Shown here one piece after another: positions 18,763 through 28,667 of a stretch of DNA of 64,000 nucleotides. The position numbers and the translations under genes are program-made. Numbering within the stretch: position 1 is the first letter of the stretch; each line of letters begins with the position of its first letter. Origin of the DNA: Oligoflexales bacterium. Lineage in GTDB: Bacteria; Bdellovibrionota_B; Oligoflexia; Oligoflexales; JAPPIL01. Below the pieces are notes generated by a model. It saw only the letters and a program-made list of their open reading frames with translations. It was not told the origin of the DNA and searched no databases. The stretch lies in contig OZ244057.1 in NCBI GenBank assembly GCA_965215515.1, positions 1,856,001 through 1,920,000 of the forward strand, given 5' to 3'.

Positions 18763-20103
18763 CTATCCCGAGGAATGTGTCGCCTGTGCGGTGTGATCGT
18801 CGTTCAGGAACGTGATGGTGACCGCCGTTTCTGTGCGCAGCATGGTATGCCGCAGGGGAGAGCGCACACGCAGGTAGTTGCGGCTGTAGCCGAGCATCTC
18901 GTCGCCCTCAGGGCGTTCCCACAGCACGTGGGTTTTTTGTCCCACAAACCTTTGATAGTAGGCTCGTTTAAGCTGTTGCGAGAGCGCGCTGAGCTGCTTG
19001 CCGCGCGCTTTGATGGTAGCGGAAGGCACGTGCCCTGGCATGCGTGCCGCAAGCGTGTTAGGACGGGGCGAATAAGGGAAAACATGCAAGTAATGCAAGC
19101 CTACCTGTCGTGCACAAGCAAGGGTCGCACAGTGGTCGCGCTCGTCCTCGCGGGGAAAACCACAGATAACATCGCTGCCAAACATCGCGTCAGGAAAAAG
19201 TCGCCGTGCTGCCTTGAGACGAGCGCAGTAGTGCTCCACACTGTATTTGCGCCGCATTTTGCGTAAAATTTTGTTGCTCCCCGATTGCAGCGGCAGATGA
19301 AAGTGAGGACAAAAAACATCACGGTGCTCGGCCAACACTTGCAACAGAGCATCGCTCAATTCGGACGGTTCGAGTGACGAAATACGCAGGCGGCGCAGAC
19401 GAGGCAGGGCGAAGAGACGTTGCAACAGTTCGACAAAGCAACTCCGCTTGTCCGCGGCTAGATCAGCACCGTAATCGCCGAGATGCACGCCCGTCAGGAT
19501 TATCTCGCCACACCCCTGCTCGGTCAGTGCTTTAACTTGTGCAATAACCTTCGCCGAGGGCACACTCAGCGATGCCCCACGCGCATAGGGGATGATGCAA
19601 TAGGTGCAAAACCCGTTGCAGCCATCCTGTATCTTGACATACTGGCGGGTAGTGTTGCTGTGGACATAATCGCTGAGTGTCTGTGCCAGCTTGAAGTGTG
19701 CCTGCCTGTTAGCGGTGACGGGTTTGGCATCGGCGGGTAGTTTGTCGCCCTGTCCACGCCGCTGCAAGCGCGCGTTAAGCAGCGCGACGAGATCTGCTTT
19801 GTGACTGTTGGGGACGACGAAGTCGATGTCGGGATGTTCGCTCAGCGGGCCTGAGTTGGTCTGTGCATAACATCCCGTGATAACGAGAAACGCCTGCGGG
19901 TTAAGACGACGCACGCGCCGCGCATAGTAGAGTGCCTCCTGTTCGGCACGTGCAGTGACGCTACAGCTGTTAATGATGGTGATCTCTGCTTGCGCTATGT
20001 CCTCGCTCAATTCAAACCCGCCTCGACACAGCTGAAAGTTAAGGACATGCGCATCGAAGGCGTTGACCTTGCAACCCAGTGTTTTGATAAAAACCGATGG
20101 CAT
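18763..20103 (-). CDS. mtaB: tRNA t6A37 methylthiotransferase
   Basis: TLGCKVN, NSCSVT, TGCYAQ; radical SAM CNGFCTYC; RISSLEP. Confidence 0.92.
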   Translation of the reverse strand: MPSVFIKTLGCKVNAFDAHVLNFQLCRGGFELSEDIAQAEITIINSCSVTARAEQEALYYARRVRRLNPQAFLVITGCYAQTNSGPLSEHPDIDFVVPNSHKADLVALLNARLQRRGQGDKLPADAKPVTANRQAHFKLAQTLSDYVHSNTTRQYVKIQDGCNGFCTYCIIPYARGASLSVPSAKVIAQVKALTEQGCGEIILTGVHLGDYGADLAADKRSCFVELLQRLFALPRLRRLRISSLEPSELSDALLQVLAEHRDVFCPHFHLPLQSGSNKILRKMRRKYSVEHYCARLKAARRLFPDAMFGSDVICGFPREDERDHCATLACARQVGLHYLHVFPYSPRPNTLAARMPGHVPSATIKARGKQLSALSQQLKRAYYQRFVGQKTHVLWERPEGDEMLGYSRNYLRVRSPLRHTMLRTETAVTITFLNDDHTAQATHSSG

Positions 20104-20135
20104 AGCTCTTCCTTAACAAGCGATGCGTCCGCGGC

Positions 20136-21449
20136 CTAGTGCAGCCGATAAATTACTCGCACGGGTACGTAGCTAAAACCTAGCTCACGACGTAGCCGCT
20201 GGGACAGGTAACGCTGATACGATGCTTCAACGGCATCGGGGGCACTGCACTTGATAACGAAGGTGGGTGGCTCGGTCTGTGTCTGCACGGCGTAGTAGAA
20301 CTGCAGCCTTTTGCCACGACAGAGACGGTGGGTGTGGCGGGTGGTGATGTCGGCAAAAGTGCGATTCAACGCGGCGGTAGGAATTCTTTTTTGGAAATCG
20401 GCACCTAAGCGTGCTACCCACCGCTTAACGGTGCTGACGCGCAGGTTAGTCAGAGCCGAAGCCGTAACGACGGGCACGTAGCTGGCCCACGGCAGTGCGG
20501 CAGTAACACTCTGACAGATACGGTCGTGGGCGGCGGGCGAACGGTCGTCGCACAAGTCCCATTTGTTGAGCACCACCAACACAGGTTGGCAGTGTTGCAG
20601 TGCCCTAGCTACCAAGCGCACATCTTGCTCCACCAGCCCTTGTGTGACATCGACGACAACGACAACTACCTGTGCGGCGTTAATCGTTTGCAGAGCACGG
20701 GTCATACTCAGAAATTCAAGTTTGTCGCCTGTGTGCCGCACCTTACGACGCAAACCTGCCGTGTCAGTAATCGTGTAGGAGTCGCAGGCAAAACGATAAT
20801 GCCAGTCGATACTATCTCTGGTTGTGCCCGCAACCGCACTGACAGTGCTTACGGTCGTTCCTGCCAATTTGTTCAACAGCAGCGACTTGCCTGCATTCTG
20901 TCTCCCGACCAGTGCAATTCTGACCACATTCCGAGGTGACTTACAGTGCGGCGCGGGTGCGAGCTGCAACGCTGCAGTTATCGCACGGTGCAGACGTTGC
21001 AAGCCACGTTTGCGCAGGGCACTGACGGCGAGGAGTTCTTTTACCCCCAAGGCATAGAAGGGCAAGCAACATGGCTCGTCCTCGCGATGATCGACTTTGT
21101 TCACGACGCAGATGAAGAGTAACCCGTGTCTCCGCAAACCCTGCACCAACACTTGATCATCCTGGTGTAACCCGTGCTGGGCATCGAGTAACACGAGATA
21201 GAGATCGCTGGCGGCAATCGTGCTGCGGGCACTGAAACCCACCGTATCGACACAGAGAAAGGGAGACACTGCGGCACGGGCACAGTTGCGATCGACAGTA
21301 ACGCCTGGCTGGTCGTAAACGATCGCTTTGCGGTAACCGATGAGACGGTTGAACAGCGATGACTTCCCGACGTTAGGACGACCGACGATAGAGACCGTCC
21401 TAGCGCCCGCCGAGTGCTGTGGTTTAGGTTGCACTAGCAATGAAGCCAC
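20136..21449 (-). CDS. der: Ribosome biogenesis GTPase Der
   Basis: Two G domains (GRPNVGKS, GRQNAGKS, DTAG, NKVD/NKWD) plus KH-like C-terminus; start uncertain. Confidence 0.92.
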   Translation of the reverse strand: MASLLVQPKPQHSAGARTVSIVGRPNVGKSSLFNRLIGYRKAIVYDQPGVTVDRNCARAAVSPFLCVDTVGFSARSTIAASDLYLVLLDAQHGLHQDDQVLVQGLRRHGLLFICVVNKVDHREDEPCCLPFYALGVKELLAVSALRKRGLQRLHRAITAALQLAPAPHCKSPRNVVRIALVGRQNAGKSLLLNKLAGTTVSTVSAVAGTTRDSIDWHYRFACDSYTITDTAGLRRKVRHTGDKLEFLSMTRALQTINAAQVVVVVVDVTQGLVEQDVRLVARALQHCQPVLVVLNKWDLCDDRSPAAHDRICQSVTAALPWASYVPVVTASALTNLRVSTVKRWVARLGADFQKRIPTAALNRTFADITTRHTHRLCRGKRLQFYYAVQTQTEPPTFVIKCSAPDAVEASYQRYLSQRLRRELGFSYVPVRVIYRLH

Positions 21450-22482
21450 CTCCTAGTACCTGCGTGTCGCGGTAAAGCACCGCTGCCTGTCCTGGGGGTG
21501 CGGTCAGGGCGGTATTGAGATGCAGGAGACAACCCTCTTTGTCTGTGCTTGCTACGGTGCAGTTTACTGCTTGCCCGTGATAGCGGGTAACGACCTGCGC
21601 AGCTCCTTCGACAGGGCGGTCGCTCAGCCAGCGCATCTGGTGCAGGCATATCTTAAGTTGTTGTAGTTCGTCGCTACTGCCGACGGTCACGTCTCCGCTG
21701 CGGCTGTCGATGGCGGTCACGTACTGGCGTTTACCCCGCGCCAAGCCCAATCCTTTGCGTTGTCCTACCGTATAGCGATGTACGCCCTGATGTTTGCCTA
21801 ATACTTCACCCTGTGTGGTCTTGAAATTGCCGCGTGCCGCGGGTACGGAATAGTTATTGTGCAGGAACGAAGCATAGTTTTTTTTGCCGACGAAGCATAT
21901 ATCCTGCGATTCACGTTTGTCGGCGTTGATCAAGCCAGCCTCACGACCGAGCACCCGCACTTCCGCTTTGTGCAAAGCATGGAGAGGAAACAGCAACCGC
22001 GGCAACCAGGCACGCCGCAAACCGAAAAGAAAGTAGCTTTGATCTTTGTCGCGGTCGGCCGCACGGCACAAAACCCATTCACCCTCTCGTTTCTGCACAC
22101 TAGCGTAATGCCCTGTCGCGACGAAGTCCGCCTGCAATGCGTCGGCTTTCTGCAGCAAGTGGCTGAATTTTAGTTTACTGTTGCACAGCACACAGGGATT
22201 GGGGGTACGTCCCTGAAAATACTCAGCAGCGAAGTAATCGACCACTTGAGTGCGAAACTCCCGCTCGTAGTTCAAGACGTAGTGCGGAATGTCGAGTCGC
22301 GCCGCGACCAGCCGTGCGTCGGTGATGTCGGTATGCGAACAGCAACCCTTGCCGCTCACGCCGCCGTGCCAGAGTTGCATCGTCATGCCGATGACTTCGT
22401 ACCCCTGCCGACGGAGCAACAAGGCAGCGACGGAGGAGTCAACCCCCCCTGACATGGCGACGAGCACACGTTTTTTCTGCAT
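21424..22482 (-). CDS. mnmA: tRNA 2-thiouridylase
   Basis: AMSGGVDSS, TPNPCVLCN, ATGHY, KDQSYFL, ESQDICF, PGQAAV. Confidence 0.95.
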   Translation of the reverse strand: MQKKRVLVAMSGGVDSSVAALLLRRQGYEVIGMTMQLWHGGVSGKGCCSHTDITDARLVAARLDIPHYVLNYEREFRTQVVDYFAAEYFQGRTPNPCVLCNSKLKFSHLLQKADALQADFVATGHYASVQKREGEWVLCRAADRDKDQSYFLFGLRRAWLPRLLFPLHALHKAEVRVLGREAGLINADKRESQDICFVGKKNYASFLHNNYSVPAARGNFKTTQGEVLGKHQGVHRYTVGQRKGLGLARGKRQYVTAIDSRSGDVTVGSSDELQQLKICLHQMRWLSDRPVEGAAQVVTRYHGQAVNCTVASTDKEGCLLHLNTALTAPPGQAAVLYRDTQVLGGGFIASAT

Positions 22483-22611
22483 GGGCACACCTCAAGCACA
22501 ACGAGGGTACGTTATTATAGTCGATCACGCGGCTATTGCAATCACTCCAGAAAGAAGGTCGTGGTATAATGGAGTGTCCTGTCTAGAATTTGCCTTGATG
22601 GAGGTAGCCCC

Positions 22612-23397
22612 ATGAAATCGCGCTGGTGTGTCGTGTTGTTGCTGTCGGCATACGGAGGAGGAATATTAGCTAACAACACGGATACTACGGGCAGTGGCAG
22701 AATTGGCATAGGACGCTATGTTGCGGGAGGCGTGGTAGGAACGGCGTTGGGACTTGGTATTGGGCATGCTATCCAGGGACGTTATTGGCGTGACTATGGC
22801 TGGGCCTTTACCGTCGGTACTATCGCTCTAGTGTTGTCAGAGGAGAGTTGTGATCGCCACTACAACGAGCAAGATGCGGAAGAGGTACTACGCCACAAGA
22901 ACTGCCAGGCTGATCGTACCCGCGAGTGGCGCAGGACACTCCCCACTTTCCTAGGCCTCAAAGCTGTTGAAGCGATCGCCGTCTGGTGGCCCCGCAATGT
23001 TAACTTCGGCACGCCACCTCACCCCTCCCTACCCAGCAATCCCATACCCGTTAGCAAACAAAGATATTTATGGGGTGGTGTACTGGGCACTGTGGTTGGT
23101 TTTGGAGCTGGGCATGCCGTGCAGGGACGCTGGTTACGTGAAGGCTGGAAATACAGCGCGTGGCAAGCAGGAGTAGCTTCCCTTTTCGCTTACAGCTTGT
23201 TTGACGAATATTTCCCTGATACTGGGCTTTGGGCGCTTTTGTTGGTGGGGTCAAAAATAGCCGAGATCAGCGACGTCTGGGATCAGAACCCCAGCATTTA
23301 CCGCGTCGTCGGCGGTGCACAACAATCACCATCACTCGTCTTCACGCCATTGCTAAGCACTGAACGAATGGGGGTACGGCTGGTGATGAGGATTTAG
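22612..23397 (+). CDS. Hypothetical secreted or membrane protein with two internal repeats
   Basis: GGAGG RBS; signal peptide; repeat RYxxGGVxGTxxGxGxGHAxQGR present twice. Confidence 0.7.
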   Translation: MKSRWCVVLLLSAYGGGILANNTDTTGSGRIGIGRYVAGGVVGTALGLGIGHAIQGRYWRDYGWAFTVGTIALVLSEESCDRHYNEQDAEEVLRHKNCQADRTREWRRTLPTFLGLKAVEAIAVWWPRNVNFGTPPHPSLPSNPIPVSKQRYLWGGVLGTVVGFGAGHAVQGRWLREGWKYSAWQAGVASLFAYSLFDEYFPDTGLWALLLVGSKIAEISDVWDQNPSIYRVVGGAQQSPSLVFTPLLSTERMGVRLVMRI

Positions 23398-23459
23398 TTC
23401 TATCCTTGCCTCGGACATACACACTGCACAAATTTCAAGCAAAGACCCGTGCGTTGCCG

Positions 23460-25427
23460 TTACAAAGCGGTCGGTTGTTGCCTGTATTGCACCACACCGC
23501 CGTGAAAAAGCGGGAAACCCCAGCCTAGGATCGAGCCGATGTTAGCATCGTCGGCACTCTGCACCACGCCTTCGTCTAGACAACGCTGTGCCTCGTCCGC
23601 TTGCACGCGCAGCATGCGCTCTGCCATCACGTCTACCGCGCACGGTTGAGCAGCAGAGGGGAACAGCTCCCGCACGCCTGACCACAACTGCTTGCCCTTA
23701 GCATGGTAATCGTAAAACCCCCGCCCGCTCTTTCTGCCGCTGCGGTCGTGTTTGTCCAACATCACGCTAATCACCTCCTGTGCCGCCGCGGGCACATCCG
23801 CCCCATCCTGTCGTGTCTGCGTAAAAATCTGCTGCACAAGGTTCAGGCTGATTTCATCCGTCAAGGCCAGCGGGGCAACGGGCATACCTGCCTTGCGCCC
23901 CGCGTGCTCGATAAGCACCGCATCCTGCCCCTCACGCAACAAAGCCAAACCTTCGCACAGATAGGTCATGAACACCCGACTGGTGTAAAAAGAACGGGCA
24001 TCATTGACGAGAATAGGCACTTTCTGCAGCTTAGCCACATACGCAAAGGCAAAGTCGATCACCCCCTGCGCAGTCTCCTCGCCTCTGATAATCTCCACCA
24101 ACTGCATCTTTTCGACAGGCGAAAAGAAATGCAAACCAACAAAGTTTTGCGGACGGGTGCTGTAAGCCGCTAACGACGTTATCGGTAGGGTCGAAGTGTT
24201 GGAAGCGAACACCGCCTCAGCAGATAAGTGCGGCTCGATACGCCTAATCATATCTTTCTTAACGGCACGGTCTTCGAAAACAGCCTCGATGACCAGATCA
24301 CAGGCGGCAAAGTCTTTTGCCTCGCTCGTGCAGGAGAACCTCGCCAGCACCGCTTGTGTCTGGGCAGCGGTTATTTTTTGTCTCTCCTGCTGGTGATGCA
24401 GATAATCAGCCGCACGCCGCTGAGCCGCGGCTGCCAGCGCCGCGGTACGATCGAGCACTAACACCCGACAACCCGCGAGCGCAGAGACTACGGCAATTCC
24501 CGCCCCCATCATGCCTGCACCGACAATCCCGACCGTCCGCACCTCAGGTGCCTGTTTACTTAATGCCCGCTGCATTATCTGCGGACGCACAATAGCCTGC
24601 ACCTTGACGATATTGCGTGTGGCGGGATGGCGTAGCAAGCGTTGCCAATGTTCCAGGTCATTGTTCACCGCCGTGTCGAAATCCAGCCGTGTGCCTTCGT
24701 AGAGGCAACTGGCGATCGTTTCGTAAACAGGGTAATGCCCTCCTGTCTTTTTGAAAATCGTCGCGGGCGTGGCCATCCACATTTTGGTCACGGCAAAATC
24801 ATCGGGGCTTGCCACAGGCCATCTGAATGCTCTCCGATCCCACGGTTGATGAGCGTTTTCACCCAGCTGACTTGCCAGTCGCTTAGCGCGTGGCACGAGT
24901 TCGTCCCGTTTCTCGACCAGCTCACTACAAAAACCCGCCTGCGCGGCGGCTAACGTCCTACCTCCCATCAACAGCGACAGAGCAGGCTCGATCCCTATCA
25001 GGCGTGAGAGACGCTGTATCGCTCCGTGCGCGGGGAGCAGACCGTAATTAACTTCGGGAAAACCGACCTGCACCTCGGGCAAGGCCAGACGTGCGTGTGC
25101 GGTGAGCACAATTTCTAATCCGACACCTTGCACATCGCTAGGCATGACAGCCAATAACGGTCGGTCGAGCATTTCTAATCTGCGTAGGCTGCGTGCGAAA
25201 CGTGCACCGAGTGCGAACACTTCAGCGCGCCATAACAGTTGGACATCGAAAGCCGCGGGATAGGGTTTTTTGCTCGTTACGCACAGAACGACAGCTTGTG
25301 CCGCGCTGGCCGTGGCAGCTTGCACACCCTTCTCGAAAGCGACGACAAACTTTTCGTCAAACAGTGGGTCGGCTACGGAAAGCGTACCGATGTTATCTGC
25401 TGTGGTGTTAAAATTTATCTCTGTCAT
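23460..25427 (-). CDS. Fatty-acid oxidation multifunctional enzyme (enoyl-CoA hydratase/3-hydroxyacyl-CoA dehydrogenase), FadJ/FadB-like
   Basis: GFPEVNYGLLP; VGAGMMGAGIA, IEAVFED, SNTSTLPI, GLHFFSPV. Confidence 0.9.
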   Translation of the reverse strand: MTEINFNTTADNIGTLSVADPLFDEKFVVAFEKGVQAATASAAQAVVLCVTSKKPYPAAFDVQLLWRAEVFALGARFARSLRRLEMLDRPLLAVMPSDVQGVGLEIVLTAHARLALPEVQVGFPEVNYGLLPAHGAIQRLSRLIGIEPALSLLMGGRTLAAAQAGFCSELVEKRDELVPRAKRLASQLGENAHQPWDRRAFRWPVASPDDFAVTKMWMATPATIFKKTGGHYPVYETIASCLYEGTRLDFDTAVNNDLEHWQRLLRHPATRNIVKVQAIVRPQIMQRALSKQAPEVRTVGIVGAGMMGAGIAVVSALAGCRVLVLDRTAALAAAAQRRAADYLHHQQERQKITAAQTQAVLARFSCTSEAKDFAACDLVIEAVFEDRAVKKDMIRRIEPHLSAEAVFASNTSTLPITSLAAYSTRPQNFVGLHFFSPVEKMQLVEIIRGEETAQGVIDFAFAYVAKLQKVPILVNDARSFYTSRVFMTYLCEGLALLREGQDAVLIEHAGRKAGMPVAPLALTDEISLNLVQQIFTQTRQDGADVPAAAQEVISVMLDKHDRSGRKSGRGFYDYHAKGKQLWSGVRELFPSAAQPCAVDVMAERMLRVQADEAQRCLDEGVVQSADDANIGSILGWGFPLFHGGVVQYRQQPTAL

Positions 25428-25431
25428 GCCT

Positions 25432-26643
25432 CTATATCCTTTCGATCACAGTCGTGGTTGCCATCCCCGCTCCCGCACAAAAAGTCGCTAATCCTCTGCG
25501 CAGTGCGCGGCGTTCCAATTCATCGAGCAATGTGCCGAGCACCATCGTTCCCGTCGCTCCCAGCGGATGCCCCATAGCGATCGCACCGCCGTTGACGTTG
25601 AGTTTCTGTGCGTCGATACCTGTGTCACGTAAGTACTGCAGGGCTACGGCCGCGAAAGCTTCGTTAACTTCAAACAAGTCGATATCCTTGAGGGTTAAGT
25701 TAGCGACCGTCAACGCTTTGTGAGTCGCGGCGGGGTTGCCTGTCAACATGATCGTCGGTTCAGAACCGACCGAGGCACAGCTGACGATACGTGCTCGGGG
25801 AGTTAACCCTAACTTTTTGCCCTGCGCCGCGTTGCCGATTAACATCAAAGCCGCACCATCGACGATGGCGGAAGAGTTACCAGGGTGGTGCGCATGTACT
25901 ATTTTTTCCAGCTGCGGATAACGAGAACATGCCACTGCATCAAAACCGAGTTTGCCGATACCGATAAACGAAGGTTTAAGTTTGCTGATTTCTTCGACGT
26001 TACAATCGGAGCGGATCACCTCGTCGTTAGTGAGCAACAGCTTGCCGTTACGGTCATGCACAGGGATCAGCGAGCGTTGAAAGAATCCCGCGCGGGTGGC
26101 CTGATGTGCCTTGTGATGCGATGCCGCGGCAAACGTGTCGAGTTGTTGGCGGGTGAAATTCTCTCGTGTGGCGATAATGTCCGCCGAAATACCCTGCGGC
26201 ACGAAAGACAGTTTGCGATTAACTTCGGGGTCGATGTACCACGCGCCTCCGTCGGCGGCGATAGGCATGTGTGACATCGACTCCACTCCCCCCGCGACGA
26301 TCGCTTCGTTCCATCCTGCGGCGATTTTGGCGGCCGCGAGGTTGCAGGCTTCCAAGCCTGAAGCACAGAAACGGTTGAGAGTAAAGCCTGCCACGCTCTC
26401 GTGCCAGTCACTGAACAACACGGCGGTGCGGGCGATGTTCGCGCCTTGATCTCCGCATGCGGTAACGCAGCCGATGATCAGGTCATCGATACAACTCGTA
26501 TCGAGTTTGTTACGCCGCTGCAGGGCGGTGAGCAAAACTTTGAGCAAGTGCACGGGCTTGACTCGATACAGTGCCCCTGTGCGTTTGCCGCGCCCTCTGG
26601 GGGTACGCACCCAGTCGTAAATATAAACTTCGTTAGCCAACAT
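25432..26643 (-). CDS. Acetyl-CoA C-acyltransferase (thiolase)
   Basis: NRFCASGL, GGVESMS, EVNEAFA, NGGAIAMGHPLGATG, CAGAG. Confidence 0.92.
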   Translation of the reverse strand: MLANEVYIYDWVRTPRGRGKRTGALYRVKPVHLLKVLLTALQRRNKLDTSCIDDLIIGCVTACGDQGANIARTAVLFSDWHESVAGFTLNRFCASGLEACNLAAAKIAAGWNEAIVAGGVESMSHMPIAADGGAWYIDPEVNRKLSFVPQGISADIIATRENFTRQQLDTFAAASHHKAHQATRAGFFQRSLIPVHDRNGKLLLTNDEVIRSDCNVEEISKLKPSFIGIGKLGFDAVACSRYPQLEKIVHAHHPGNSSAIVDGAALMLIGNAAQGKKLGLTPRARIVSCASVGSEPTIMLTGNPAATHKALTVANLTLKDIDLFEVNEAFAAVALQYLRDTGIDAQKLNVNGGAIAMGHPLGATGTMVLGTLLDELERRALRRGLATFCAGAGMATTTVIERI

Positions 26644-27718
26644 GTGTGCCTCCTGTGTGTGCATAGCGCGGCGTAAGGGTGGAATATTTGATCGGATGGG
26701 CGACCTGCTGTTGTGTCCCGCCCTTGCCATCGGGGACGGCGACGATCATCTCTCGTGCCTGACATTGCGGATGGGCGAGCAGTTCTGCGCTGTCGAGACA
26801 AGGTTCGACGCAGCAGTCTTTAGCGGCGAAAACATTTTGCCAGTGCTGGAGAGGTTTGCTTTTTATTTTTGTCGCGATAATTTTTTGCAGCCGCACGTTG
26901 TCGTCGACCGCGGGCAAGGCGAGAGTCGCAGCGAAAACGTGGCGAAACTGCGGTTCGAGTGCGGCGACACTCAACCAACGTCCGTCGCTCGTCTGATAGT
27001 GTTGGTAGAAGGGATCACCACCGTTCAGCAACTCACCATCGGGTTGCGACAATTTGCCTGCGGCGAGATAGTCGGACAAAGGCGCTGTGGCCAGTGCTAT
27101 GGAGGTGTCGAGTAAGGACACGTCGATACACTGTCCTTCGCCTGTACGTTGCCGATGGAGCAAGGCGGTCAGGATAGCCGTGACCGCGTAGAGTGCGCCC
27201 GCACAGATGTCGGCAATTTGCACGCCATGTAGCGCAGGCAAGGAGTTGCTGCTGCCGAGGGTGCTGATAGCGCTGAGGGCGAGGAAATTTATATCGTGAC
27301 CTGCTTTGGAGGCGTACGTGCCTGTCTGCCCGTAACCGCTGAGCGAGCAGTAGATGAGATCTGGTTTGATGTGCCGCACGGTGTGGTAGTCAAGTCCCAG
27401 CCGTGTCATTACTCCAGGGCGGAAACCTTCGAGCAAAATATCACAGGTGCTTATCTGCTGACGTGCCGCTTCGTAGTCAGTTTTATGCTTGAGATCGAGG
27501 CGCGTAATTTTTTTGTTGCGATTCAGCACTTGATACCAGGCGGAGCTGTCGCCGACACGCGGGGTCATGTTCTTGAGTAGGTCGGGGCGGTGTTTAGCCT
27601 CAACTTTAGTGACTTCCGCCCCGAGATCGCCCAGCAGCATGGAGGCGTAGCAGCCTGGCAGCAGGGTGGAAAAATCGAGAACCTTCGTCTCTCGCAGGGG
27701 GGTAGGCATGTGTTGCAC
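26633..27718 (-). CDS. CaiB/BaiF family CoA-transferase/racemase
   Basis: LLPGCYASMLLGDLGAEVTKVE, NRNKK, FRPGV, GHDINF. Confidence 0.9.
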   Translation of the reverse strand: MQHMPTPLRETKVLDFSTLLPGCYASMLLGDLGAEVTKVEAKHRPDLLKNMTPRVGDSSAWYQVLNRNKKITRLDLKHKTDYEAARQQISTCDILLEGFRPGVMTRLGLDYHTVRHIKPDLIYCSLSGYGQTGTYASKAGHDINFLALSAISTLGSSNSLPALHGVQIADICAGALYAVTAILTALLHRQRTGEGQCIDVSLLDTSIALATAPLSDYLAAGKLSQPDGELLNGGDPFYQHYQTSDGRWLSVAALEPQFRHVFAATLALPAVDDNVRLQKIIATKIKSKPLQHWQNVFAAKDCCVEPCLDSAELLAHPQCQAREMIVAVPDGKGGTQQQVAHPIKYSTLTPRYAHTGGTHVG

Positions 27719-27811
27719 CTGTCTCTTGAGGCGGGTATGGGGCTATCATATCCTTGCATAACCGACAACGTTAATGTACTAGCTTTCTGAACCGCACAGA
27801 AAATCGAGACC

Positions 27812-28555
27812 GTGGCTGAATTCTCTCGCCCTCTGATCGTCTGTCCGACCTACAACGAGCGTGATAACATCGCTCCGCTGGTGACCCGCACCATGTCTTG
27901 TGTGCCACCAGCGGCATTGTTGTTCGTCGATGATCGCGGCGACGACGGCACGGAAGCGGAGGTTGTGCATCAGCAGCGGCGGCACAGCAATATCTTTTTG
28001 CTCGCACAAAAGCGGCGTGGTGGTTTGGCCAAGGCTTATCTTGCAGGTTTTGCCTGGGGTTTGGCGCGTGACTATGACTGTTTCGTGACCATGGATGCCG
28101 ATCTCTCGCACGACCCTGTTTATCTGTTGCCTTTGCTACAACTGCTCGCTGGGTGCGATGTCGCTATCGGCAGTCGCTATGTTGCAGGTGGTGGGACTGG
28201 CGATTGGGGTTGGTCACGGCAGTTACTCAGTCGCGGTGGGGCGCGCTATGCTCGCATGTTGCTAGGTCTCAGGGTGTATGATCCGACTTCAGGGCTCGTG
28301 GCTTTTCGCCGTGCGGCGCTGGAGAAGCTCGCACTGCACGAGGTGCAAGCCCGCGGCTACGTCTTTCAGATCGAACTCAAATACCGTGCGTTGTTGGCAG
28401 GCTGTGTGTTGCAGGAGATGCCGATTGTCTTTACCGACAGGAAACGAGGCGAGTCCAAGATGAGCCTGGCGATCGTGCTAGAAGCGGCACTGTCTATGTG
28501 GCGACTACGTCGTCTGGGTCGTAAACAGCGCTATACGACTCCGATGTTGTTATAA
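27812..28555 (+). CDS. GT2 polyprenol-monophosphomannose synthase-like glycosyltransferase
   Basis: PTYNERDNI, VDD..DGT, MDADLSHDP, IGSRY, GESKM. Confidence 0.9.
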   Translation: MAEFSRPLIVCPTYNERDNIAPLVTRTMSCVPPAALLFVDDRGDDGTEAEVVHQQRRHSNIFLLAQKRRGGLAKAYLAGFAWGLARDYDCFVTMDADLSHDPVYLLPLLQLLAGCDVAIGSRYVAGGGTGDWGWSRQLLSRGGARYARMLLGLRVYDPTSGLVAFRRAALEKLALHEVQARGYVFQIELKYRALLAGCVLQEMPIVFTDRKRGESKMSLAIVLEAALSMWRLRRLGRKQRYTTPMLL

Positions 28556-28667
28556 TCTATTGAAACTTTTGTGTTTTAGGATTTTTAATGTTTGGCACAC
28601 CTGTTGCTTGACCTGTCGGTGGGATAAACTTTGGGGGCTGCGGAGCGTTGCTACGGAGGAGTGGAAT

